Source: Octopus sinensis (Eukaryota). From it: a DNA stretch of 41,599 nt. The stretch's first letter is position 1; each line of letters opens with the position of its first letter. Of the stretch, positions 15,287 through 26,454 are shown one piece after another. The stretch lies in NCBI RefSeq assembly GCF_006345805.1, contig NW_021835743.1, forward strand, positions 1 to 41,599. Direction: 5' to 3'. Both the position numbers and the translations under genes were made by a program. Under the pieces are notes generated by a model. That model was not told the DNA's origin and made no database searches. It saw only the letters and a list, made by a program, of their open reading frames with translations.

Positions 15287-17709
15287 TCTCTTATTATAAA
15301 AGGCAGATTTTATCTGCCTCCCTTTGGGAGTTATACAAATCTACAATATAGGATTTCTTCAATTACAATTTACCTAGCAATTTTAAGAGTACAATGCATC
15401 GCGTCATGCCAGGTCCAGTTTTTAAAATTTAAACTCCAATTAAGCAAAATTTACAGAAAACTCACATTCTGGTGTGTGTGTCAAATGCTTTTCTTAGTCT
15501 GGTTTACACCACACGCAAACGCACACACACACAAAGGGAGCGAATTGTTTCACTCACGCTATCACCCTTCTCCTCCTTTGTCTTTGCAAGTTTGCAGCTA
15601 TTAAAGTGAAAACAGTGAATCCGACAGCGATTAAAGAAAACGAATTGGTACATGAATGGAGTGAAAATTAAAAACTGTTTCTTTCGGTGATTTTTCTGAA
15701 GAAACTGCACTAAGCCACAGACTTCCCAGAAGAGTAAAGCCTTACACTATTTCTATTTACTTTTTCGAATGAGCCCATTTGAAATCATTACGGCAGAAAC
15801 GAACTGTTACGCTAAACGTAACAAAACGAAAGAAACGATAGTTAGTTATTTCCCACAACCTTAAATGAAATTAAGGCCTATTTTGCCATAATATATTTTG
15901 GGTATCCGAAAGTTACCCAGAATAACAAATTCTATCGTAAAATTTTGTTGTATACCCAATTGAATATTAGCTAAAAACCCATTTTCTATAGCGATGTTTG
16001 AACAAAATTTTAATAATTTTACAGAAAGTTACCCAGAATAACAAATTCTATCGTAAAATTTTGTTGTATACCCAATTGAATATTAGCTAATAACCCATTT
16101 TCTATAGCGATGTTTGAACAAAATTTTAATAATTTTACAGAAAGTTACCCAGAATAACAAATTCTATCGTAAAATTTTGTTGTATACCCAATTGAATATT
16201 AGCTAATAACCCATTTTCTATAGCGATGTTTGAACAAAATTTTAATAATTTTACAGAAAGTTACCCAGAATAACAAATTCTATCGTAAAATTTTGTTGTA
16301 TACCCAATTGAATATTAGCTAATACCCATTTTCTATAGCGATGTTTGAACAAAATTTTAATAATTTTACAGAAAGTTACCCAGAATAACAAATTCTATCG
16401 AAAATTTGTTGTATACCCAATTGAATATTAGCTAATAACCCATTTTCTATAGCGATGTTTGAACAAAATTTTAATAATTTTACAGAAAGTTACCCAGAAT
16501 AACAAATTCTATCGTAAAATTTTGTTGTATACCCAATTGAATATTAGCTAATAACCCATTTTCTATAGCGATGTTTGAACAAAATTTTAATAATTTTACA
16601 GAAAGTTACCCAGAATAACAAAATTATCGTAAAATTTTGTTGTATACCCAATGAATATTAGCTAATAACCCATTTTCTATAGCGATTTTGAACAAAATTT
16701 TAATAATTTTACAGAAAGTTACCCAGAATAACAAATTCTATCGTAAAATTTTGTTGTATACCCATTGAATATTAGCTAATAACCCATTTTCTATAGCGAT
16801 GTTTGAACAAAATTTTAATAATTTTACAGAAAGTTACCCAGATAACAAATTCTATCGTAAAATTTTGTTGTATACCCAATTGAATATTAGCTAATAACCC
16901 ATTTTCTATAGCGATGTTTGAACAAAATTTTAATAATTTTACAGAAAGTTACCCAGAATACAAAAATTCTATCGTTTAAAATTTGGTTGTATACCCAATT
17001 GAATATTAGCTAATAACCATTTTCTATAGCGATTTGTTTGAACAAAATTTTAATAATTTTACAGAAAGTTACCCAGAATAACAAATTCTATCGTAAAATT
17101 TTGTTGTATACCCAATTGAATATTAGCTAATAACCCATTTTCTATAGCGATGTTTGAACAAAATTTTAATAATTTTACAGAAAGTTACCCAGAATAACAA
17201 ATTCTATCGTAAAATTTTGTTGTATACCCAATTGAATATTAGCTAATAACCCATTTTCTATAGCGATGTTTGAACAAAATTTTAATAATTTTACAGAAAG
17301 TTACCCAGAATAACAAATTCTATCGTAAAATTTTGTTGTATACCAATTGAATATTAGCTAATAACCCATTTTCTATAGCGATGTTTGAACAAAATTTTAA
17401 TAATTTTACAGAAAGTTACCCAGAATAACAAACGAGCCCTTCTGGGTATTAGCGCGCGTCTACGATGAGTCTACGATTTAAAAAAAAATTACCATCATAT
17501 TTTTCCATTTTAATGCATTTTTTTCGCTTTTATATAAGGGAAGTAACTCTCTAAAAATATCTACTATGTGTCAACGATTAAAGAAAAATTTACCTTAATT
17601 TTTTTTCAATTTTTAATGCATTTTTTGCTACTTTTTGGCTATAACTCTCTAAAAATGCTTATATAGTTATTTCCCTTACAACCCGAGCAACGCCGGGCGA
17701 TACTGCTAG
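15287..17709 (+). mobile_element. Non-autonomous Helitron, apparently complete (~2.4 kb)
   Basis: 5' a|TCTCTTATTATAAAAGG at 15287. 3' hairpin CCCG-AGCAACGC-CGGG (17682-17697), then CTAG (17706-17709)|T. Inserted between A and T in a TA run with no TSD, and has no Rep/helicase ORF. The 5' end is less certain than the 3' end. Confidence 0.75.
15908..17432 (+). repeat. Tandem satellite, 116-bp unit, ~13.2 copies, ~25% GC
   Basis: Unit starts at 15908, 16024, 16140, 16256 ... 17411: GAAAGTTACCCAGAATAACAAATTCTATCGTAAAATTTTGTTGTATACCCAATTGAATATTAGCTAATAACCCATTTTCTATAGCGATGTTTGAACAAAATTTTAATAATTTTACA. Differences between copies are mostly 1-bp indels. Confidence 0.98.
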
Positions 17710-17720
17710 TATATATATAT

Positions 17721-17759
<39 letters not shown>

Positions 17760-17907
17760 TATATATATATATATTATATAATATATATATTATATATTAT
17801 ATATATATATATTATATTGTGTATGTACATAGACGATGGCTTTTGCTGGCCGAAGCTTCGAAGTCGCATATATTAAAGTAAAGAAGATAAAAGCAAACAT
17901 CAACAGA

Positions 17908-18052
17908 GGCGCAGAAGTGACTGTGTGGTAATCAGGTTGCTTCCCAACCACATGGTTCCGGGTTCAGTCCCACTGCGTGACACCTTGGGCAGATGTCTTC
18001 TACTATAGCCTCGATCTGATCAAAGCCTTCTCAGCAGATTTGGTAGACGGAA
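17908..18052 (+). mobile_element. SINE family A, 5' part
   Basis: ggcgcagaagtgactgtgtggtaa...catggttccgggttcagtcccactgcgtgacaccttgggca...gatttggtagacggaa. Confidence 0.85.
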
Positions 18053-18260
18053 AAGGCGGTGAGCTGGCAGAATGGTTACCGAGCCGAGAAAATTGCTTAG
18101 CGGCTTTTTGTCCAGCTTTACGTTCTGAGTTCAAATTCCGTCTAAATCGCCTTTGCTTTTCATCTTTTCGATGTCGGTAAAATAAGTTCCATTTGGCGTC
18201 AATGTAATCGACTTACCTCTTTTCCCTGAATTTGCTGGTTTGGGGCCAAAATTTGAAACC
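18053..18260 (+). mobile_element. SINE family B
   Basis: aaggcggtgagctggcagaa...tacgttctgagttcaaattcc...taatcgactta...caaaatttgaaacc, homologous to 36441-36634. Confidence 0.85.
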
Positions 18261-18278
18261 TACCTATGTATATATGTA

Positions 18279-18450
18279 TATAAGGAGAATTTACAAAACA
18301 AAAAAATCAAAATACGAAGACGGGTGTGTAAACAACAAACAGATGTATTAGTTTAACGCCCGGGAAGTGAGAAAGTCTTTTACGTTTCGAGCCTACGCTC
18401 TTCTACAGAAAGGAACACAGAATTAAACAGGGAGAGAAAATAAAAAAGGT
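18279..18450 (-). mobile_element. Hammerhead-like short element, copy 2 (same family as 5512-5690)
   Basis: The reverse complement reads gttcctttCTGTAGAAGAGCGTAGGCTCGAAACGTAAAAGACTTTCTCACTTCCCG...ctaatacatctgtttgttgttt...gtcttcgtattttg. Confidence 0.65.
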
Positions 18451-18880
18451 TTAGTGGCTAGCGATCAACCATGGCGAATGCCAGACAGAGGGGTCACACA
18501 GGAGAACTACGAAGATATATATATATATAGAGAGAGAGAGAGGGGGGGACTCCTTCATAGAGTAACTGCTGCATTTGTTGAGTATATAAAGAGTTTGGCT
18601 GCTAGTTTCTCTGGAGACTGTTACAATGCTGTGGACGTCTCTGATAAGAACCCAATAAGGTTCGAAAATCGATTAAGGTTGTTCATCATTTTTTCCAATC
18701 TGCGGAGAAATGGCTAAAATTTGCCCTGTTTATAATTACACCAAATGTTAGTTATACAATTATAAGGCAGCCATCGTTTCGCCCAGAAAGTCAATTACTC
18801 CGCTGAACTGCGCTGAGTAATATGCGCAGTTCGTGATCTACTCTACTCTTAAACTACGCACCCATGAGAGGGAGAGAGTG

Positions 18881-18927
<47 letters not shown>

Positions 18928-20441
18928 TGTGTGTAATACTTCGTAAAGTGTGACATTTCGAAGATTGTTTAGTTGTTTGCCTGTTGACCTTATTTGTTTG
19001 GCTGCTCATTAAGTCTTTTGTAGAAATGTTTTACGATCCGGGTTTAGTTCTTCCTTGTTGGTCATTGCTTCTCATTGATAATATAAAGAGTTTCCCCCTC
19101 AATGGTGAGAATTTAAATCTTTGCAGGAATTGGGTATTTCATGTTGGATTTTAAAAAACTTTTGGTTGGGGTGGGGGTCCTTTCGGTTGTTGTTTCTTGT
19201 CTGTTGGTGTTTTTTTTTTAAGGAACCTCCTTTCCCTCGATATAAGCCTCTGGTTCTCATCCGCATAAGTTGGTTCCACTGTTGCGAGGGAATGATTCCA
19301 GAGCGTTTTGTAATTGTTGTTGTTATTGACGACGACGATGATGATGATGATGATGATGATGATGTTCTCCCTATTTTCCGTTGTCCCTAGCTGAGAGGAA
19401 GTGTATAAGGCTTCATGGCTTGCTCCGCCCCTCCCGATAAGGAGGACGAGGCACTTTCATTTGCTGACCCACCGGGTGTACCTTTTCTCACCACTCAACA
19501 GACGAGGACCTGTCACTGTCTCTTTTATTTTTTTGTTTCTTTATGCACGAAAAGCTTTTAGATCGATCACGTATGTAACAACTCGGCTTTAAAGCTTTTC
19601 TCTCGCCACCCTCTACGGAGCATAGTTGCAGGGGAATTTTCGTGGACAGAAACAGAACCAGGATCAGTAATCCAGGGCACCAGCAGCATAAAGCGTAGTA
19701 GTAAGACAGAAGCGTAACAAGTCCAACCGTGACACACACGCGTCACTCTCATTCTGCCAAAGAATTACGCTAAGGCTAATGAATTCAAATCACTTCGTAC
19801 GCTTCAATCAAAGAGGTCATCTGTTTGATCGAAATACTGATCAGCCTTGGTGCGAAACGGATGTAAGAGGTCATCACGTACACACTCACACACACACACA
19901 CTCACACACACACACACACACACACACATAATAGGTGCTGACGTGGCTGTAGGGTTGGAAGCTTGCTTCCCCAGCCACATGATACATAAAATATTCTTTA
20001 CATTCTACGGTTGTTTTATTGCCATTTATTTACGAGTATCGTAAATTTTATAGGTAAAATATTTTTCTGAGAACGAATTACGATTTATAACATTGCTACA
20101 ATGAGGAATTATTGCCCTGTTTTACGAGTTTTCGCTTTACGGGCAGTCTCTGGGAACTAATTAACTTGTATTTCGAGGCATTACTGTGTGTGTGTGTGTA
20201 TATATATAATATTAAATAAGAGTAGAAATTGATATTAATCAATTAAAACCAGTGGCTTAGCATATTTTAAAAAATCCGAAGATTAAAAATTTTTTACATA
20301 CAAAATTTAGAAGACTGACCACTAAAAGTGGACAGCCTATATGCTAAACATAGACGTCAAATCGGCATTTACCACGAAGAATGTGTTCTCAAGAAAGAAT
20401 CTCAGCAAAAAAACCAAAGTGTAAAAATAAGCAAGACATGA

Positions 20442-20502
<61 letters not shown>

Positions 20503-20884
20503 AGCAATAAATATACCTTGCACATGAGGGTGCGTGGGTATTTTGATATCTTTGATGCTTTGTGCGTATGTGAACCACATTGGGATAGGCGCGCGCACAT
20601 TATCACGCACACACACACACAGACACACAAACACAGGCACATATTCACACATATACACACGCATTTAAGATATGGTTTTTCTGCATGGTTAAATTAATAC
20701 AATATACACAACGTGGAAACCTGTAAATGGGTGTGTTAACCTATTTGATGTTGAACCGCTTTTTAAAAAGTCATCATGTTTATAAAAAGGCTTGCCTGTT
20801 AACCTTCATTGCTTTCTTATATAAACCATGAGATACAACCACCTTACTATATTTTTCACATGCATACACACACATACATATTGC

Positions 20885-20923
<39 letters not shown>

Positions 20924-21362
20924 TACATATATGATCATTGTAAGATATTGGTGACACAGCTAGACTATGGATCACTGGCTGATGAGTCCCTAATATGACG
21001 GGAACATGTTCGCAGTTGTCACCGTAATAAGTCAAGTGATGGACGAGTTAGTAGTAGTAGTAGTAGTAGTAGTAGGAGGAGGAGGAGGAGGAAGAGGAGG
21101 CAGAGGAGCGGCGGCGGCGGGGGATGCAATAAACAGAACAAGCCATATAATAGAAGTTGGGTACATACATCATTGTCTGCACTGCACTATTTCCAGCTGT
21201 CTGTCGTAAAAAAAAAAAACGAAATACTTTTCTATTCGTTATTTGCGTTCATTAATATATCTTAGTCATGCATTACATTACTTGCTTTCATGCTAGAAAC
21301 AACGCAGATACCGACACACGCATACAAATACACACAAATACACACACACACATACATATACA

Positions 21363-21427
<65 letters not shown>

Positions 21428-21763
21428 GTACATATATACATGTATATATATGTATATATATACACATACATATATATATGTATGTATATGTATGTATGTA
21501 TGTATGCATGCATGTATTATATATAGGCACAGGCGTGGCTGTATGGTAAGAAGTTTCGTGCGTTTCATAAGTACCAACGCATGAAATTCTCAGCCCTTGA
21601 GTCAACCTGTTGCTTCTACTAAATTTTAATATATATATATATATACACACACATACATATAACTATGTAATACACGCACACTCACACATATACATATATA
21701 TACATATACAGATGTATATATATATATATGAACATATGTGTGTGTGTTTATATATATATATAT

Positions 21764-21805
<42 letters not shown>

Positions 21806-21921
21806 TATTGAACCTTGGGAAGGCCATTATGCCGGTAGTAAAAAACACATGCACTGGCTCAGTTCTTTAAGTGGAACTCTCTGGTGGTTATTTTGAATTT
21901 TAAACAGTAGAACACAGTGTC

Positions 21922-21954
<33 letters not shown>

Positions 21955-21957
<3 letters not shown>

Positions 21958-22363
21958 GAGTAACGAAGATGTACAGGCATCAATTCATTACGGCCGTTTC
22001 AAGCGGCTCCTTTAATTGATTGATGAAAACATTACATCATATGAAAGAAACAGTTCTCGTCAGATGATTGCATAGACTTCAAACATAAAGGATAAAATCA
22101 CTGTTTTAACATATACACATTAATAAATTAACTCAAAATATTAACATTGCTTCTGTTGTCATATCTCTAGCAGAGAGTATTTTGAGCTCCAATATTGATG
22201 TGAATATGTTGAAGCAATGGTTCTATCCTTTATGTTTGAAGTCTATGCGGTCATCTGACTAGAACGGTTTCTTCCAAATGATGTAATATTTTCATTAATC
22301 AATTAAAGGAGTCGCTTGAAACGGCTGTAAGGAATTGACACCTGTACATCTTTGTTACTCATC
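21955..22363. mobile_element. Foldback MITE, 409 bp, long terminal inverted repeats (~185-190 bp), TA flanks
   Basis: Left arm aatgagtaacgaagatgtacaggcatcaattc... aligns with the reverse complement of the right arm, gatgagtaacaaagatgtacaggtgtcaattc..., at roughly 85-90% identity by hand. TA at 21953-54 and 22364-65. Confidence 0.9.
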
Positions 22364-22465
22364 TATATTTTAATCCCCTACCTTAGAATCCGTGCATCGG
22401 AAATACTAAAGATAGTATCTTCATATAAAGTACATGTCTGAACTACCAAGAGCGAATCTCTTCAC

Positions 22466-23160
22466 TCAGCTGGGCAAGAATATCAGGTGTAAACACACCT
22501 GAACAGAGTTTTGCGCTGAATCTGGTGCTCCCATAGGTACATCAAAATACTCCCTTGTGTCCTTTCTAGCCCATAATTTATTTTTGTATTTAATGAGTGA
22601 TTTCCTTGCCATTTGGACTACCTTAATTTCCTCCATCGTCATTCCTATTCTATTTTTGGCATACATCAAGGCCTTATTCAACACTATTTCATTTATCGAT
22701 GCATAATAATTATCAATATCTATTTATATAAACTTATATTCCTTACTGTTTTTAATATTTTAAAACTATTGTAAAGTTTCCATTGTTTTAGGTGATCTAA
22801 ATTATTTAATTTATTTATATATTTATCTAATATAAATTTACTTAATTTCCCCAGATCAGACTTACATGGGCATATTAGTCAGACTTTAAGGTCTGCATAG
22901 AAATTATCTTTGTGGTCTTTTACCGTTATCCTTGGGTGCAATGGCACATAGGGTACTGTTTCTTTTTTATCTAGTTCATAATTCGTCATAATTTCTTTAT
23001 AACACTTATTCATTTCCTCTAAAGAATTATTTTTTTTATTGACTTCTATCTCTAGTCAGCTATCATATGGTTCTATGTCTAATTTATATAAGTTCCTCGT
23101 TTTGTCAGATTCCTCCTGTATTTCTCAGTTCTTAATAGCTAAGTTTTTAAGATAATTGTT
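22466..23160 (-). pseudogene. Degenerate reverse transcriptase of a Penelope-like element (Naiad-like)
   Basis: Hand translation: SDKTRNLYK...ITVKDHKDNF...V*LICPCKSDLGKLSKFILDK...KQWK (frameshift) YKFI*IDIDNYYASINEIVLNKALMYAK...ARKSLI...WARK...FDVPMGAPD. These match the recalled motifs DKTxNLY, TLKDHKxNF, CRLINPxKSExG, QWKN, FDIxxFYPSI and FDVxMGSxDGAE. Confidence 0.8.
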
Positions 23161-23178
23161 ATGCCTGTTCAGGTATTT

Positions 23179-23272
23179 ATAGAATAAGTCCTGGGGTCGA
23201 TTTGTTCGACTAAAGGCGGTGCTCCAGCATGGCCGTAGTCAAATGACTGAAACAAGTAAATGAATAAAAGAA
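23179..23272 (+). mobile_element. SINE family A, 3' tail fragment
   Basis: agaataagtcctggggtcgatttgttcgactaaaggcggtgctccagcatggccgtagtcaaatgactgaaacaagtaaa. Abuts the Penelope-like relic. Confidence 0.85.
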
Positions 23273-23689
23273 TGTATGTATGTATGTATGTATGTATGTA
23301 TGCATGTATGTAGATAGGTATGTATGTATATCTCAATACACACAGACACAGCACTTGTTTACGTATATTGAAGAAAAGAGAAAGAAGTCAAAGGGTGAGC
23401 GAATGGAGTCTATGGGGCGATTGAGGTGGGGGAGTGGCGGCGGCGGAGGTGTTGTTGACGACGGTGTCAGCGGTGGTGGTGGTGATGCTAGTGTTAGTAA
23501 TGGTGGTGGTGGTGGTGTTAATATTAGTAAAGGTGGTGGTTGTGGTGGTGATGTAAGGAGTGGCTCAAGGCATTGGGCTTTATCTTGTGTCCATGTATCG
23601 GTCACTAATTGCTCCATTGTCCAGAATGTATCGCCTGCTTGTGTCATCCACCTCTGAAGTGGTTCTCTCTTACACCACTTCCCTTGCCT

Positions 23690-24330
23690 TCACCTCTTGC
23701 CACCAACACCAACACCGCCTCCAAAAGCAACAACATCGCTGCACTCCGCACACACGCAAATTGCAGCCAAAAGCGTAAACCCATACCTCCACAGCTCATC
23801 TCCCTCGCAATTACTTTTACCATCACCACCACCACCACCACCACCACCATCACCACCATCACCACCACCATCACCACCACCAACGTCACCAGCATCACTA
23901 CCGTCACCGCTACCACCACCACCGCCACCACCATCACCACCACCACCACCATCACCACCACCACCGCCACCACCACCACCATCAACATCAGCATCACTAC
24001 CGACACCGCCAACACCAGCCACCGCCCCTAGAAGCAATAACATAGCTGCACTCAGCACACACTCCACAGCTCCACTCACTCACATTCCCCATCACCCCCA
24101 CTCTCGCCACTATCAGCTTCACCACCAATAACCACTCCGTTACTAACAACAGCTCCGCCATGAAATCCACCTCCACCCACAACAACAATGGCCTCAACGT
24201 CACACCCACCTGCTCCAGTAACACCTTCGCCAACACCACCACGAATATGTCCTTATCTTCACCCTCACCACCACTTCCAGCCTCAACATTCTCAACACTA
24301 CCAACACTAGCACCGTCACCACCACACGTT
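23690..24330. repeat. Degenerate (CCA)n/(CAC)n low-complexity tract
   Basis: Direct reading. It gives poly-Pro/Thr/His and poly-Gly/Val ORFs in several frames. Confidence 0.85.
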
Positions 24331-24450
24331 ACTATGTGGTCGATAGCCATGCGAGAAATCGCAGCCAAATCTTCTTCAAAATGCTTCTCCACAATAGTTA
24401 AGCATATTCTAGATAAACTGGCCCTGAATAAACTAATATGTCAGAATAAG

Positions 24451-24726
24451 TGAAGGCGCGTGGCTTAGTGGTTAGGGCATTTGGCTCACGATTGTAAGGT
24501 CGTGAGTTCGATTCCCGGCGATTCCAGTCCACTCAGCTGGCAAAAATGAGTTCTACCTGTATTTCAAAGAGCCGGCCTTGTCACACTCTGTGTCGCGCTG
24601 AATCGCCTTGAGAACTACGTTAGGGGTGCACGTGTCTGTGGAGTGCTCATCCACTTGCACGTTAATTTCACGATCAAGCTGTTGATCGTATCAGCTGGGA
24701 CCCTCGTCATCGTAACCGACGGAGTG
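24451..24726 (+). mobile_element. SINE family C (tRNA-derived)
   Basis: A-box TGGCTTAGTGG, B-box GAGTTCGATTCC, and body ...gtctgtggagtgctcatccacttgcacgttaatttcacga..., which matches the - strand fragment at 39010-39088. Confidence 0.85.
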
Positions 24727-25185
24727 ATCCTTTTATGTCAGAATAGGAGGGATGGTCATGTCTGGCAAGTCGCTCTTAACGCAGAAATATTCTTATTGGT
24801 ATATGGTTATACATTAATTGCTGATTGTATTTGCAATGTTCGGTTTAGCTGGTTGATTTCATTTTCTGAAAACCCAAGCTTACCCAGATTCTCACTTAAA
24901 ACCCAGTGAGCCAATTATTATGGCTAGAAATCAGGGTTTATAATCTGGCCGTAGAAGCGCATGTACAGAGTGATTTTCGGCCCTTTGATTTTTCCAAGAA
25001 ATTATCGCATCATCAGCGCAGCTGACCTTATGACAGTACATTCTTTTTCTTGTCTCTGCCGAACTAATTTATGTATGTACCGTACGAGCAGGTCCATGTA
25101 TGTATATGTGTGTACAAATAGATTGGTTGATTGATCGATAGATTGATTGATCCATCGATTGATTGATTGATTGATTGACCGATCG

Positions 25186-25218
<33 letters not shown>

Positions 25219-25528
25219 CGTGAAGTATATTTGCCATTTGCCACCTAAATATGGTGGACCCATAATGCTACTGTTGTTTACAGCTCCAGAAGCCCTCTCC
25301 TCTAGCTGGCTAACGACACACTGTCTGTGTCTGATTTGTATTTGCGAAGGGAAATCATAGTTCCCATCTCTAGTCTGGCGTGATACACATAGACCCGGGT
25401 TTCTGATTAGTAACCCGTTATCAACGTGTGATAATCACCAGCTAGCGATGAGAACTCATTCCAAACTCAAAATACTATAGACTTTTTCCAGTGACAAACT
25501 GTCGCTGATCTGTATGTATGTATATATA

Positions 25529-25579
<51 letters not shown>

Positions 25580-26395
25580 ATATGCATCAGGCATTCACGC
25601 ATGCGTATACAGATATAAAGATACGATAAGAAATTCAGATATAACGCAGTAGATTAAAAGATAATACAGGCAGAGACAGATAGAGACTAAAAGAGAATAT
25701 GTGTGTGTGTGTGTTTTGCGTAACTCAAAGATCTATATTCAAAAATCTGTGTTAATGTTTATATTCGTATGCGTGTGCGTTCGTATATGGGTGGGGATGA
25801 GTGTGTGTGTGTGTGAGAGAGAGAAAGTGTGTGTGTATGTGCGTGTTGCGCGTGTGCTTGTGTGTATGTCTGTATGTGTGTAAATGTTCCTGTTCCTTGC
25901 CCAAATGCGCCACGTATGCCTTCTTGTGCGCTTGTGTGTGTATACCCGTGTGTATGAGCGTATTGCAGTGGCTATGCGTGTGCGTGTGTGTGCCTGTCCG
26001 CCTGTCTGCGTCTGTGTGTCTGTTTGTCCATGCATGTGTATGTGTGCGTGTGTTTGCGTGTCTATGAAACTATGGAATCATTGTATTACTAAACGATATT
26101 ACAATTGGGTTCACATGAGCAAGTCCGTATGTTAGACAGTTCCACATGACTGACTCTCCCCTCCCCTTCTGCTCTAACCCCTTAGGCTGTTTATATTTAA
26201 GGCTCAATTGTCGTTTGTTTCCGTATTGAAGGGGACAACCTCCTTCGCTCTAGCGTTAAATAGGAATAGGATTAAGTTGTTTAATTTCGTTCAGGGTTGT
26301 AGTCACGTGGTCCGGAACTACAGTTCACAACATACAAGCGCGCGCACATACCAAAACATAGGCATACATTACGCGAATATAAAAGATACACACAT

Positions 26396-26439
<44 letters not shown>

Positions 26440-26454
26440 GCATGTATATTTTCG

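Noticed and set aside
15908-17432. The 116-bp array as a CRISPR-like locus
   Set aside because: Units are head-to-tail with no unique spacers, no cas genes are present, and the context is eukaryotic.
22860-23130. In-frame TGA codons as selenocysteine recoding in the Penelope-like RT
   Set aside because: The TGA in V*LI aligns with the Arg of CRLINP (CGA>TGA decay), not the Cys. A TAA and a frameshift also break the frame.
23609-24453. Pro-, Thr- and Gly-rich ORFs as a mucin/extensin-like gene
   Set aside because: They are open on both strands only because of the (CCA)n repeat, and there are no splice signals or non-repetitive domain.
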